This document shows positions 40,888-54,548 of a DNA stretch of 64,000 nucleotides, one piece after another. Position numbers and translations under genes: made by a program. The notes under the pieces are model-generated. The model did no database searches, had not been told where the DNA came from, and saw nothing but the letters and a program-made list of their open reading frames with translations. Position 1 is the stretch's first letter; each line of letters begins with the position of its first letter. The stretch comes from Octopus vulgaris (taxonomy: Eukaryota): positions 66,216,001-66,280,000 of the forward strand of contig OX597822.1 of assembly GCA_951406725.2 (NCBI GenBank). Reading direction: 5' to 3'.

Positions 40888-42909
40888 ATGAGACGACGGA
40901 CAAGGATTGCAAACCGCCTGAGCAAGCACACCAAAAGTGGTGAGAAGTCTCGGCTCGAAAGAATGCTAATGGAAACTGAGAAAAGTCTACATCAGTCCCA
41001 TGAAAAGGAGAGAGCAGATAAAGAAGCTTGGGTAATAGAAAATATAAAATCAAACCCTAAAGCTTTCTTTAAGTTTGCCAAAGAGACAGCCACAGTGCAC
41101 CAGAGAATAGGACCTCTCTTCCAAAAAGATGGCTCTCTCACAGGAAATCCCACGAGGATAAGTGAAATACTGAACGAACAGTTCCAAAGTGTGTTCACTA
41201 CACCTCTAGGACACAGGCAAGTAAACAACCCAGAAGAATTCTTTGCCACTTTACCAGCGGCCAAAGAGACAAAAATTGAGTACATCAACATCGAAGAAGA
41301 TGATATCACACTAGCCATTGATGAGATTGACACAAACTCAGCTGCTGGACCTGATGGATTCCCAGCGATCCTTCTCAAATCGTGCAAACGAGCCCTTGCA
41401 AAACCGCTACAGCTTCTTTTTCAGAGCTTTCTTGCAAGTGGTAAGCTCCCAGTCAAACTGAAAGAGGGGGTAATATGCCCTATCCATAAGGGAGGTAGCA
41501 GAGCAGATGCTAAAAATTATAGGCCTATCTCTCTGCCCTCACACATCAGCAAAGTCATGGAACGAATAGTCCGTAAGAAACTAATCATGTTCCTTGAAGA
41601 AAATGACTTACTGTCTGACACCCAGCATGGATTTCGACCAGGTAGAGGCTGCCTAACACAGCTCCTGCAACACTATGACTGGGTGTTGAAACAGCTACTA
41701 AATGGCTCAAATGTGGATGTAATATATCTTGACTTTGCAAAAGCCTTTGATAAAGTCGACCATGGTATGATCTGTCACAAACTGCGTGGTCTCGGCATAG
41801 GCGGGAAACTTGGAGAGTGGCTGCACAACTTCCTAAAAGACAGAAAACAGGCAGTTGTGAGCAATGGAGCCACCTCCAGGGAAACGCAAATAACAAGCGG
41901 TGTCCCACAGGGCACTGTCTTGGGGCCACTGATGTTCATAGTGGCCCTTTCAGACATGCCTTCAGTTGCTACGATGACCACCCTTGCTAGCTATGCAGAT
42001 GACACAAAAGTCTCCCACGCAATACAAAACCCTGAAAATATTGCGCATCTGCAACATGAGCTGGACACAATATACAGGTGGGCTGAGGACAACAACATGC
42101 AGTTTAATGCAGGTAAGTTCCAGGCCCTGCGTTACTGGCACACAAAGGTAAATGACGTGAAGACTGGATACACTGGCCCAGGAAGAATTGCAATCCCTGA
42201 GTCAAAATCAGTGCGTGACCTGGGCATTGACATGAGCAATGATGCATCTTTCCAAATGCATATTGCTAATCTGGTGATAAAATGCAGACGGCTAGCTGGA
42301 TGGATTCTCCGAACTTTCAGAACAAGAGAGAAGGAGACACTGATGGTCCTATGGAAAACATTTGTCCTCAGCCGCTTGGACTACTGCTCCCAACTTTGGT
42401 CACCACACAATATAAAACAAACAGCAGAACTCGAAGCAACTCAAAGAAGCTACACAAAGAAAATCGTCTCAATGCAAAATGTCAGCTACTGGGAAAGACT
42501 GAAGGTATTAAACCTCTTCTCCCTGGAGCGGAGGCGGGAGAGATATGCAGTGATATACATCTGGAAAATCCTGGAGGGTCTTGTCCCAAACTTTGGCATT
42601 CAAAGTTACTCCAACCGCAGAACGGGGCGCCGCTGCGTGGTGCCAAGGATTCCAACATCACCATCAAAATACAGGTCCAGATACTGCAACAGCTTGGGTT
42701 TCAGAGGACCACAGCTCTTTAACATCCTCCCTAAATGCCTGAGAGACTTACATGGTGTGGATGTGGGTTTCTTTAAAACTAAACTGGATCTCTTCTTGTT
42801 GGGAGTCCCAGATGAACCTACCTCACGACAGGAGACACGGATGCGGGCAGCAGCATCGAACTCCCTTGTTGATCAAGTGCCACGTATCAGAGGTGGTTTC
42901 ACAAACTAG
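40888..42909 (+). CDS. LINE ORF2 reverse transcriptase and C-terminal region (673 aa open)
   Basis: AAGPDG, NYRPISL, QHGFR, YLDFAKAFDKVDH, GVPQGTVLGP, YADDTK, VRDLG, LDYCSQLWSP, SLERRR. Confidence 0.95.
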   Translation: MRRRTRIANRLSKHTKSGEKSRLERMLMETEKSLHQSHEKERADKEAWVIENIKSNPKAFFKFAKETATVHQRIGPLFQKDGSLTGNPTRISEILNEQFQSVFTTPLGHRQVNNPEEFFATLPAAKETKIEYINIEEDDITLAIDEIDTNSAAGPDGFPAILLKSCKRALAKPLQLLFQSFLASGKLPVKLKEGVICPIHKGGSRADAKNYRPISLPSHISKVMERIVRKKLIMFLEENDLLSDTQHGFRPGRGCLTQLLQHYDWVLKQLLNGSNVDVIYLDFAKAFDKVDHGMICHKLRGLGIGGKLGEWLHNFLKDRKQAVVSNGATSRETQITSGVPQGTVLGPLMFIVALSDMPSVATMTTLASYADDTKVSHAIQNPENIAHLQHELDTIYRWAEDNNMQFNAGKFQALRYWHTKVNDVKTGYTGPGRIAIPESKSVRDLGIDMSNDASFQMHIANLVIKCRRLAGWILRTFRTREKETLMVLWKTFVLSRLDYCSQLWSPHNIKQTAELEATQRSYTKKIVSMQNVSYWERLKVLNLFSLERRRERYAVIYIWKILEGLVPNFGIQSYSNRRTGRRCVVPRIPTSPSKYRSRYCNSLGFRGPQLFNILPKCLRDLHGVDVGFFKTKLDLFLLGVPDEPTSRQETRMRAAASNSLVDQVPRIRGGFTN

Positions 42910-43010
42910 TGTAGCTCATTCAGCGGTGGTGCCCCAGCATGGCCGCGGCCTTCGGGCTAAAACATTTTTAAGGATTTAAGGATTTATATATATATATATA
43001 TATATATATA

Positions 43011-43079
<69 letters not shown>

Positions 43080-43105
43080 ATATGTATATGTATATATATA
43101 TATGT

Positions 43106-43161
<56 letters not shown>

Positions 43162-43204
43162 ATATACATATATACATATATATATATATACATATATATA
43201 GACA

Positions 43205-43572
43205 GATAGATAGATTTTAGAAAACGAGGAGTGACATTGGCTTTTAAGTCTTCGTTAGACAATATAAAAAAGGCTATCGTAGACACTGCCAAAGATATTC
43301 TGGTAATATTATACTAGATATATATACGCCATCAAAAAAGCTAATGCTGATATTTTTCGTGGCTAAAAGCTATGTCTGAAAATAGATATTTACGCTATCC
43401 ACGGGTGCCTCGGGGAAAAAAATAAGTTGACAAAACCCAGATAGGATGTTGACAAATGTCCTCCTAAAATTGGAGCGACATGCGTGCTAATTTGTGGACG
43501 TGCATAAATCACAAACACGTACACACACACACACACACACACGTACACACATCCTCCCTTTTATAGATATGA
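43205..43572 (-). mobile_element. Right inverted-repeat arm (43212-43318) continuing into a possible Helitron-like 5' region
   Basis: Arm matches 40254-40340; far end on minus reads atcatatctataaaagggaggatgtgtgt, like the 5' ends of the other Helitron-like copies. Confidence 0.5.
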
Positions 43573-43587
43573 TATATATACACACAT

Positions 43588-43639
<52 letters not shown>

Positions 43640-44370
43640 TGATTGATTGATAGATAGATGCTTCTGTCTACATATCTAATAAACTAATATAAACTAAAGT
43701 AATAGTTCATCTAATAAATTATCCATTTCCCTAAATATACATACACATGCATGTGTGTATGTGTGTGTATACATACTCACAGATAAACACACATACACAC
43801 ACAAGCAAACATACGCATAAAAATCAGACACACACGCGGACCTACATATATGCGTAAATTTATGAATATTTGCATGTATACTAGTATACTAATATATTTA
43901 TAAATCAACACTGTCTAACAACTTTCATCTCTTGAATACATTTTAAACGAAGGCAGGTCACCTTAATTTCATTATTCATATTTCTTGAATAACTAATACA
44001 TAAAAACTATAATTAATAAAATGCAAAAGATATCTATATACAAGGCGATATTTTATCTCCAATATCAACATATATATATATAGTGTTTATTTAAACATAA
44101 TTATTGATTTGTTGATGCAGTGATGGCGCGCTAATTAAATTATTGATATTAGACGTAAAGTTTTTCTGAAATTTTCAAAACAATATAAAAAAAAAAACGA
44201 GAATAGAAGTTAAATCAGAATTGCAGGAAAATAAATACAAGGGTAAATTATAAGGGGAATGAATATAAAATGGTAGGAAATATATGTAAAAGAACTGATC
44301 TCCTATTAGATTTTCCTATTAGAATCGTGAGATGTCTGATATATTGTTGATAATCCTGAAGACTTTTACG

Positions 44371-44435
<65 letters not shown>

Positions 44436-44444
44436 GTGTGTGTT

Positions 44445-44511
<67 letters not shown>

Positions 44512-44576
44512 TGTGTATATATATATATATATATGTATGTATGTGTGTGTGTTGTATATATATATATATATGTATG

Positions 44577-44652
<76 letters not shown>

Positions 44653-45092
44653 ATATATATATTTATATATATACATTTATGTATATATATATACACATAC
44701 ATATATATATATATATATTACATATATATACATATTACATGCATGCATACATGCTACATGCACACACACTCAAATATATATATATATATATACATGAGTG
44801 CGTGTATCTGCGTGTATGAAAAAGTAAGTTGAAGAAAAATGTACCCGTAAGGAAAGAGGAAAATAAATGTATCAATGAATAAAGAGCCCCCCTCCCCTCC
44901 ACACCCACGAAATAAAAGAAATAGTACAAAAACAAGAATAGGTAAATAAAGTATATATACATACACACACACGTACACAAAAACGCTTATATATAATCTC
45001 CGTTGAATTTATATATGTATATATTTATACATATATATATATACATATATATATATGCACATATATATACATACAGACTCACACACACACAT

Positions 45093-45123
<31 letters not shown>

Positions 45124-46061
45124 CACACTCATAGAGAGATAGATACATATATGCATACTTGTGTGTGTATTTATAATACCTATTAATGCCGCAAAGTGGG
45201 AACAGAAAAAGTATATAGGAAATAAAAAGAAGTCAAATTTATTGGAAATATAAAAAATCAGAGCTCTAAGCTATCGCGGGGATTAGCAGCAATCATAACA
45301 ATGCAAAATGATCTTTCGAGAAAAAAACCTAGAGAGTAATAAACGTTGATATTAATACTGTATATAAAGTATACAATTTATTTTTGTAATTGGCAATGAA
45401 TGAAGACATGACGTGAATGTTGGAATGGTGTCTATTGAATAAAAGGAGAAAAAAAATCTATTATCGATGTTGTGTTAATAAACTTCATTATTTAGCTGAG
45501 CTCAGCATGGAGAGTTGCATACATACATGCGAACATACATCATACTGCTTTATAGGAATGCGTTCGTGTTTGTATTTATATGGATATTTTATTGTATATA
45601 ATGGATATAATAGTTTCAGGGAAAATACCATTCAGGCAGTTGTGAAAGTACATTACAAATTCTCGTTGACGATTGCTTTAATATATTTTATAAATCTCAT
45701 AGCGTTGTGTTTACAAAAAATGTAAGAGCATTTAAAATGATAAATATATATAAATAAATTATCGTTTATTTTTTTTCACTTGTTTCAATGATTTGACTGT
45801 CGCTGGGCTGATGCAAAGCCTTGAAGAATTTTAGCCGAAAGAATCGACCCTAGTAAAAATTTTAATTCTATTGTCTGTTTTGTTTAAACTTTAAGTTACA
45901 AGAACGTGAACACACCAAATCTGGTTGTCAAGCGATGTTGGGGGACAAGCACAGACACAAAAAATACACTTACACGCACGAATATACACACTTATATGTA
46001 TATAACTCTTTTACTGGCCTCAACTCGAGGGCTGCACCTCTTTTATATATATACATATGTA

Positions 46062-46467
46062 CTAGCAGCTAAGCCCGGTTTCACCCGGTCTATTTGGATC
46101 ATGTGGCTGTGATCGTTTTCGGTTAGATATAATCTATAACAGCGTTTGTCAACGTTATCATTTCGGGTCCCCTGTTTCGATTGGAAACTCCAACTATATG
46201 AAAATTCCCCGACCCCACCCCGTCAGAAAACAGCAGCTAAGCAACTGGTTGTTTTAATGGCAAAAGAAAGAGGAAAATCCCATTAGAAAACGTTTAATCG
46301 ATTTTCTCGGTAAGTATGGGATTTAAGAAAAAAATACAAACTGCATTCCAACCTATGCACCTGTCTCCACATGTATGCCCTTTTTCAAGCGAATCCATCC
46401 AGCCTTTTGGCTCTGAACCTCAAGGCAAGAAAGAATACAACTATCACCCATGTCCAATTTATATTTT

Positions 46468-46470
<3 letters not shown>
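46062..46470 (-). mobile_element. Non-autonomous Helitron-like element (second family)
   Basis: Minus-strand 3' end ccgggtgaaaccgggcttagctgCTAG|T; 5' end blurred in microsatellite. Confidence 0.65.
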
Positions 46471-46520
<50 letters not shown>

Positions 46521-46521
<1 letters not shown>

Positions 46522-46742
46522 TTTTACTCTTTTGTTTCAGTCATTTGACTGTGGCCATGTTAGAGCACCGCCTTTAGTCGAGCAAATCGGACACACGACT
46601 TATTTTTTGTACGCCTAGTACTTATTCTATCGGTCCCATATGCCGAACCGCTAAGTTACGGGGACGTAAACACATCAGCATTGGTTTTTAAGCGATGTGT
46701 GTGTGTGGGGGGGAACACAGACACACAAACATATACACGCAC

Positions 46743-46804
<62 letters not shown>

Positions 46805-46970
46805 GGGCTTCTTTCAGTTTCCGTCCACCAAATCCCAAATCCACTCACAATGCTTTGGTCGGCCCGCGGCTATAGTAGAAGACACCTGCCCAAGATGCCA
46901 CGCAGTGCGACTGTACCCGGAACCATGTGGTTCGTAAGCAAGCTACTTACCACACAATCACTCCTACACC
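46521..46970 (-). mobile_element. Family-A SINE, full length
   Basis: Reverse complement of 38903-39313. Confidence 0.9.
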
Positions 46971-47010
46971 TGTGTGTATATATGCCTATATATATATATA
47001 TCTATATAAA

Positions 47011-47380
47011 CTAGGCTTGAAGCCGCCCTTCAGCGGCATTCGGGCGGAGGGCACCCTTGAGGCCTTCGGCCCCACTATCGGGCTAACTCGCCGTCCTCTA
47101 CATTTCTGTAATATACCCAAGTTTATTTCTGCAAATGTGCTAAGCGCGGATCCTGATCATAGTCTAATCAACAAGCGTAGGAGCGAAGTAAATGCAATAA
47201 AAATTTGGAGGTCAGTGGTTCCTAACTAGGCGTCCCTTAAAACATAGACCCCTTGGGGATATTCCTTGGGATTATGGGACTTACTGGATTGAATTTTGCT
47301 GTTCTTGGATCAATGGTCAAGAAGGAGTTAACGAGCATAAACAAGTAACGGACAAAGAAACATCACTCAGATTTATAATA

Positions 47381-47383
<3 letters not shown>
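47011..47383 (-). mobile_element. Non-autonomous Helitron-like element (third family)
   Basis: Minus strand A|TCCTATTATAAATC start; gccgc-tgaagg-gcggc hairpin then ttcaagcCTAG|T. Confidence 0.75.
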
Positions 47384-47419
<36 letters not shown>

Positions 47420-48123
47420 GTGTGTGTGTGTAATGGAATACATTCAATTTCTTCCGTCTTCCAAATTCAATCACAAAACTTTGATCACCCCACCGCTGAA
47501 GCTACAGTAGAAAGTACTTGCCGATCGTGCTAAGCAGTGGGACTCGCACCACGACTATGTGGTGGCAATCTTCTTACCACACAGCTACGCAACGAAATAT
47601 TTAATCATGCCACACAGCGTAGGTAGGATTAAATATTGCGTTGAAGTCTTATATATTTTTTTCAATTATGAAGAAATTCAAATTTCACTTATCAGTATGA
47701 TATTGGTATTAAGCATAGCTTATTATTTACTAATCTGGATTTATTTCAATATACAACACGTAAAAATTGTTATAATGGCAACATAATTGTTCCTGTTTTT
47801 GTTTCCTAGATATAGCAGATGGATTGACAGTTTTACTCTAACATTGAACTAAATAACGGTGGCATACATTTAAATTTATTTACATTCTCAGTTGAAATCT
47901 TGTCATCCTCACACTTGCTTTTCCATCGTCTGTAGGTATATGGAAAAGTACAAATGCTTGGAATCGACATAAGAAACAATAGATATTCTTAAATTTCCCT
48001 TCTAGGTAGATGATTATATATTTCATTCATTATTGCATATTTGTAGGCTGATTTTTAATCATTTAATCACTACGTATCATCATATTCGTTTGGTACTTAT
48101 ACATATTCGTTTGCCTCATATAA

Positions 48124-48548
48124 GGTGGCGAGCTGGCAGAAACGTTAGAGCGCAGGGCGAAATGCTTAGCGGTATTTCGTCTGCCGTTACGTTCTGAGTT
48201 CAAATTCCGCCGAGTTCGACTTTACCTTTCAAACTTTCGGGGTCGATAAATTAAGTACCAGTTACACACTGGGGTCGATGTAATGGACTCATTCCTTTTG
48301 TCTATCCTTGTTTGTTCTCTCTATGTTTAGCTCCTTGTGGACAATAAAGAAAAAAGAAACATTAGCACGCCGGACGAAATGCTTAGCGGAATTTCGTTGT
48401 GTTTATGTTCTCAGTTCAAATTCCGCCGATGTCTACTTCGCCTTCATCCTTTCGGGGTCGATAAATTAAGAACCAGTTGCATACTGGGATCGATCTGATC
48501 GACTGGTCCCCTCCCCACAACTTCGGCCCATGTGCCTAATGTAGAAAA
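48124..48548 (+). mobile_element. Family-B SINE dimer
   Basis: Head ggtggcgagctggcagaaacgttag; second unit from about 48357. Confidence 0.9.
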
Positions 48549-48959
48549 AAAATTAATGACTTATAAACAATTAGGTTATATCATTATTCTGAGTACAGGT
48601 TACTCTGTCCATAATATATATAGATGTAATGTAATGTGTTCAATTCTAACGAATTCATTTCTATGTTGTATAAAGCTTCTTCGTCAATGTTCATCAATGA
48701 ATTTTATTTTCATCGTGAAAATATTAAAAACCAGCAGAGTGAGCGTGTTTTTACTTGACAGGCTTTTTCTCACTAAACAGATCCGTCGGGCCTATACGTA
48801 CATATATGCGTACATGCATGCATACATACATACATATATACATACATACGTATGTACCTATGCGCATATAAAACAGATGGAGTTAACAACTACATTTTCG
48901 GCTGACATACGAATGGGATTTGGCCAGAAATATCTGTAATTGGTTGTTGAACGTGGAAA

Positions 48960-49340
48960 ATCAGTCCGTCAAACTGAAAAATCTCTGCGTCAACGGTTTC
49001 ACTATCGCTTCTGTTCCACACAAAACATGCTACAAATACCTAGGCATTGATGAAAATGTAACTTACAAAGTTGCTGTGAATAAAGATATAGTAACCCGTA
49101 TATATTATATCAGACTTAGAAAGATATGGCGGAAGGAACTCTTCTCTTTTAACAAGACACTTTCCTATAATGCATTTCTAATACTAGAGATGATTCCACT
49201 ATATGAGATATTTGACTGGGAAAATTCACTCCATAGGCATTAAAATCCGCAAGATCCTGACATCAACTGAAAGCCTCCTCAGAAACAGTGGTACCTTGAG
49301 GCTGTACTTTAGAAGAGGTGAAGGTAGAGTTTTCAGATAA
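48960..49340 (+). pseudogene. Degenerate R4/Dong-like RT thumb-region remnant
   Basis: CYKYLGIDEN...YYIRLRKIWRKELFSFNK...FDW / IKIRKILT...LRLYFRRGEG. Confidence 0.7.
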
Positions 49341-50389
49341 GAGCAGACAGTCTTTGAATGTCACAGTCTTACTTAGATTAGTGACCGCTATATCGCATTA
49401 CGCTTCGAAGACTAAGTATTTGTATTCCAATGACTCGAGACAGCTACGAAAATGCCTAATAAGCAAAAGAGACTAATTCTTTTGCAGTACCAAGATTATG
49501 TCATATTTCTGGGGAAAAGAACACACTTGTGCTTAGCAGCTGCCCATAAGTCCATCAGGCATATGTAACATAGATAATAGAAATAAGGTGTTCAAGAGAA
49601 TTATAGTACAAGCAAATCTTGCTACTGATTTGTTTCGAAAAAAAATATCGTTGATAAAAGCAGTGGATATAAAGATAGGAAAGAAAAAGCGTATCTTAAC
49701 TAGTTCATTCACGTTTTATCCTTTACTCCAAAGGCGCAGAAGATTGTTTGGCTTTTCATTTTTCTGCAGTCAGTAATTTCAGTACCAAACAAATTACAGT
49801 GATCTTTTGAAAGTATTGATTTTGCGTACGATATGTAGCAATAAAACTAATAATCTATAATGTTCGGAGAATGCGCTTCGATGAGATTTGAACTGGTTGC
49901 TTAAAAAGAACAATTCTAATTACCTCAATATGTTTCCATACGACGTTCTACAAATCCTGACAGCCACTGACTATGTTTACGTCCAAGATTTAATCACTTA
50001 AACAAGAGAAACAACGTTATATATTTGAAACATGTTATGTCTGCCACTGAGTGACATCTGACAAAATAATTCCAAATGAATGTTAATACAATTATGGCTT
50101 ACTTTTAATAAGAATTAATACACTCCAACAAAAACAAATGTGAAAATACAACGACAATAATTGTCAAAAATTTTAAAGTTGTCTGTAAGAAACACAACAG
50201 AATTATATTCATTCGAGTTCCATAATTTAACTTAAAGAAAAACACATATACCTAATCAAAGAAAGATTCATATTTATGGCAGCACACTATATGTAGGTTG
50301 GTATGGTCATATGATTTACATACAGTGAAAATAACTAACACAAGATTTCACATTAGTATGCTAATACATATTATAGCGACACATGGATA

Positions 50390-50508
<119 letters not shown>

Positions 50509-50586
50509 TATCTATACATATATACATATATATACACATACACACACACACTCACACACACACACATATATATATATATGTGTGTG

Positions 50587-51026
<440 letters not shown>

Positions 51027-51209
51027 CAGATAGGTAGATATAAACAAACATATATTCATACATTCAAACGCTCATCTGCTTGTGTATGTGTGCAGCTTAC
51101 TCTTCTTGATCACACAATGTCTATTGGAAGAAATTTTTGCGCAGAGAAAAACATCCCGCAGCAATTGCGGTGCATAATCTCTTGTTATATCTAGGTGTAG
51201 CAAGTGCTA

Positions 51210-51530
51210 TTCTTTTAGTTTACCTGTTCCAGTCATTAGACTTCGGCCAGGCTGGTGCACCACCTTCAATTTTTAATCGAATGAATAGCCTCAGTACTTT
51301 TTTGTTAAATCTGGTTCTTATTCTATAAGTCTATTTTGTCGAACCGCTAAGTGACGGAGATGCAGCACCAGTTGGTAAGTGGTGGTGGTTTGGTGGTGGC
51401 GGTGGTGCTGCCGGTGGCATAAACACAGACAGAAAGACACCCATATATATTTATATATATATATAATTTTAACATAACAATTAGCTCGGTGTAAAATTCA
51501 CAGAGCAACCTCACAGCCACGCCTGCGCCT
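51210..51530 (-). mobile_element. Degenerate, internally deleted family-A SINE
   Basis: gaaccgctaagtgacggaga and cacagccacgcctgcgcc segments. Confidence 0.6.
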
Positions 51531-52942
51531 ACCTGTGTTCATTATGACATTTTTCTTCTGTTACATTTCCGATGAGGAAATTTATCAAGAAACAATTCCA
51601 TTGTCTCTTTTTATCAGTAACAATACTGGATTCATAAACTGCAGTCATCTATGTAACAGGCCTCGATACCCGCACCGTGCCACGTAGCGTAGATTTTATT
51701 CAAAAGCATCTACGTATGCACTAGAGGATCGACTCTCATATGACTTTAACCACTCGTATCATTTATTGAGTTGGAATTTCATGTGAAATTTCACGCAGAC
51801 ATCAAATGTATACATCGTTACCCAAATACGATTCTTAACCGAAGGTACAATTTTATCCTATGAAAATGCCATACTATAACCGGCATCCCTAAGAATGAAC
51901 TTTTTTCCAGATTTCATTAAGCCTAAGCTTGCCCTCAGTAATTACTCTAGTGTGCCTTAAAATTTATGCCTTCAATGGAGTAACACTGATCTGTGTACGG
52001 TTGCTTTAGCATAAGACACTCTATATTAGGAGATATATTCCGTCTCATATTACCTGAAAAGTCGCTTAAATCCATTAGTTAACTAGATTCATTGTCTAAA
52101 TGGAGTAATTAATTGCTCTTTTGGAATACTATGTCTGACATTTTACCTTTTTCCTGCACCAGGTAGAAATGAATGTCCTAAAACATTCTTGAAAAAGGGT
52201 TTAATAATTTACTAGCAGATTCAATTTAGATAGTAACTCTTTAAACCCATTCATTTTCCAAGACATATGCGAGTATTCAACCATCAATAGTTTCTTCTGA
52301 ATATGCATAAAAAGATTATTGAAGCTTTGATTTCCAGGAGTGATGCTTCGTCACACAATTTAAATATCCTAGCAGAAAGAGGCTTGTGGAAAAACGAAAT
52401 ACCACCAAGTAGATTTAGCCTTTCATTCTCGAGCGAAGATAAATTCTAGTTCATGTATAATGTGTTGTAATTTGCCAAGGGTAACATCCAATATTACATG
52501 TGAAGATTATGATTATAATAGCGGTCCAAGGAATCCTAAATTTAAAACATACCGTATCAACTCCCATTAACACATCAGATTTCATGTTTTCTTTATCGTC
52601 GTCGTCCTGTGTGGCCTTGTTTTGAGATATTAAGGAGTGCAAATTTCATTCATTATCTAAATTCCATAGAAAAGGGGAAAATTTAGTGATTTATTGTTTC
52701 CTCTTGCTTTCAAACGTTTCCCTTAGATTTCAAATAGAAATAGATATGGGAGGAAATAAAACGTAAGATATTGTCAACGACTTTATCTGGCCGTCATCAA
52801 ATATCTATTTCCTCTGCTTAACTGTTTTCTTGAAATATGGGTAGCAACTGATGAAGATACAATAAATAATAGCCCGGATATATTCAGTGTTGAAGAAAAC
52901 TGTACACAAAGGCAATAGCAACAATAAAATCTTCATGTCATA

Positions 52943-53346
52943 TACTCTTTTTACTCTTTTACTTATTTCAGTCATTTGACTGCAGCCATGCTGGAGCACC
53001 GCCTTTAGTCGAGCAAATCGACACCAGGACTTATTCCTTGGATGCTTGGTACTTATTCTATCGGGCGCTTTTGCCGAACAGCTAAGTTACGGGGACGTAA
53101 ACACACAAGCATCGGTTGTCAAGTGATGTTGGGGGGGGGGGGGACAAACACAGACACAGAAACACACACACATATATACATATATACGACGGGCGTCTTT
53201 CAGTTTCCGTCTACCAAATCCACTCACAAGGCTTTGGTCGGCCCGAGGCTATAGTAGAAAACACTTGCTCAAGTTGCCACGCAGTTGGAATGAACCCGGA
53301 ACCATGTGGTTGGTAAGCAAGCTACTTACCACCCAGCCACTCCTGC
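52943..53346 (-). mobile_element. Family-A SINE, full length
   Basis: Reverse complement of 38903-39313. Confidence 0.9.
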
Positions 53347-53699
53347 TGTGTTATATTACAGTAAAACTGAGAATGAAATACTAACCTAATTACAACCATA
53401 CACTCAAAACTGTACAGCTGTAAATATAGAGTCCAGCAAAAGAGTTTCTTCATGACTAGAGCAACACTGGAAATTTTCTTATATTTTCTGATATTAAAGT
53501 AAGAAAAACCATAATAAAAATAGTTTCAATTTTTTGTCACAAAGTTCAGGAATTTTGGGAGAATCTTAATTGATTTTATTGAGCCCGGTACGTGATTGTG
53601 GTTTATTTCATCGATCCGGAAGAGTGAAAAGTAAGCGTTGACCTCGGTTTTATTTCAAATTAAAATGTTGTTAGAGGTCAGAAATGCTGCTAAACATTT

Positions 53700-53985
53700 T
53701 ACTCGGGAAGGGGGCCAGTCGATTAGATTGACCCCAGTATACAACTGGTACTTAATTTATCGATCCCGAAAGGAGGAAAAGCAAAGCCGACCTCGGTGGA
53801 ATTTGAACTTAGAACGTAGCGACGGGCGAAATACCTATTTCTTTACTACCCACAAGAGGCTAAACAAGAACAGACAAACGGATTAAGTCGATTATATCGA
53901 CCCCAGTGCTTAACTGGTACTTATTTAATCGACCCCGAAAGAATGAAAGGCAAAGTCGACCTCGGCGGAATTTGAACTCAGATCG
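53700..53985 (-). mobile_element. Family-B SINE multimer fragment
   Basis: Two cores joined by gaaatac|ctatttctttactaccc. Confidence 0.85.
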
Positions 53986-54330
53986 TATATATGCATATAT
54001 ATATGCGTGTGTGTATGTATGTTCGTAGATGTATGTGTATGCATTAGGTGAATACATTATGTTTCTTAAATATGGTACTCGTTTCATGCATTGAAGGGTG
54101 GCCATCCTTGTACATCTCCGTAGAGGGATTAGTCGGACATATCGACGCCAAAGCTTTTTTTTTTAAGATCCTGTACTTATTCCATTCGTCAGTTTTGCCG
54201 AAGCAATAAATTATATATTTATTATATATTTATTATAAATATATACAATTTATAATAATGATATTATAAATATTATATATTTATAATTTTAAATATAAAA
54301 TATTTATTTAACATTATCCCTAGTTAACTT

Positions 54331-54548
54331 TACCCGAAAGAGATCAAAGAGGAAAAGGATCCCATCACCTTTAAACGGGGTCTGGACAGATTTCTTCAAG
54401 GAATATCGGATACAACTTACTACTTGAATGGACTATAAACAAAACTTGACTTAAACAGGATTTAGATAATCCTATCAGGTGGTGCTATTAAGTTAGACAT
54501 GGCCTGGACCAATCTTTGGTCGAAACATATCTAAGTTTATCTAAGTTT
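54331..54548 (+). pseudogene. 3' end of a second CR1/L2-group LINE family
   Basis: PKEIKEEKDPITFKRGLDRFLQGISD; 3' end ggtggtgc...catggcctg-gaccaa-tct-ttggtc-gaaac-a(tatctaagtt)2. Confidence 0.75.

Larger units (their letters stand above)
40411..42985 (+). mobile_element. 5'-truncated CR1/L2-group LINE with short 3' UTR and (AAGGATTT)2 tail
   Basis: APE-endonuclease C-terminal motifs PTRADNILDLCFTN and SDH, then RT; GC-richer than flanks; inserted in (TCTA)n/(TA)n so the TSD cannot be resolved. Confidence 0.95.
45775..47590 (-). mobile_element. Old family-A SINE split by three nested insertions
   Basis: Degenerate tail half 45775-45990 and head half 47435-47590, same orientation. Confidence 0.65.

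Noticed and set aside
40992-42722. Antisense and alternate-frame ORFs over the LINE
   Set aside because: Shadows of the RT ORF with no motifs
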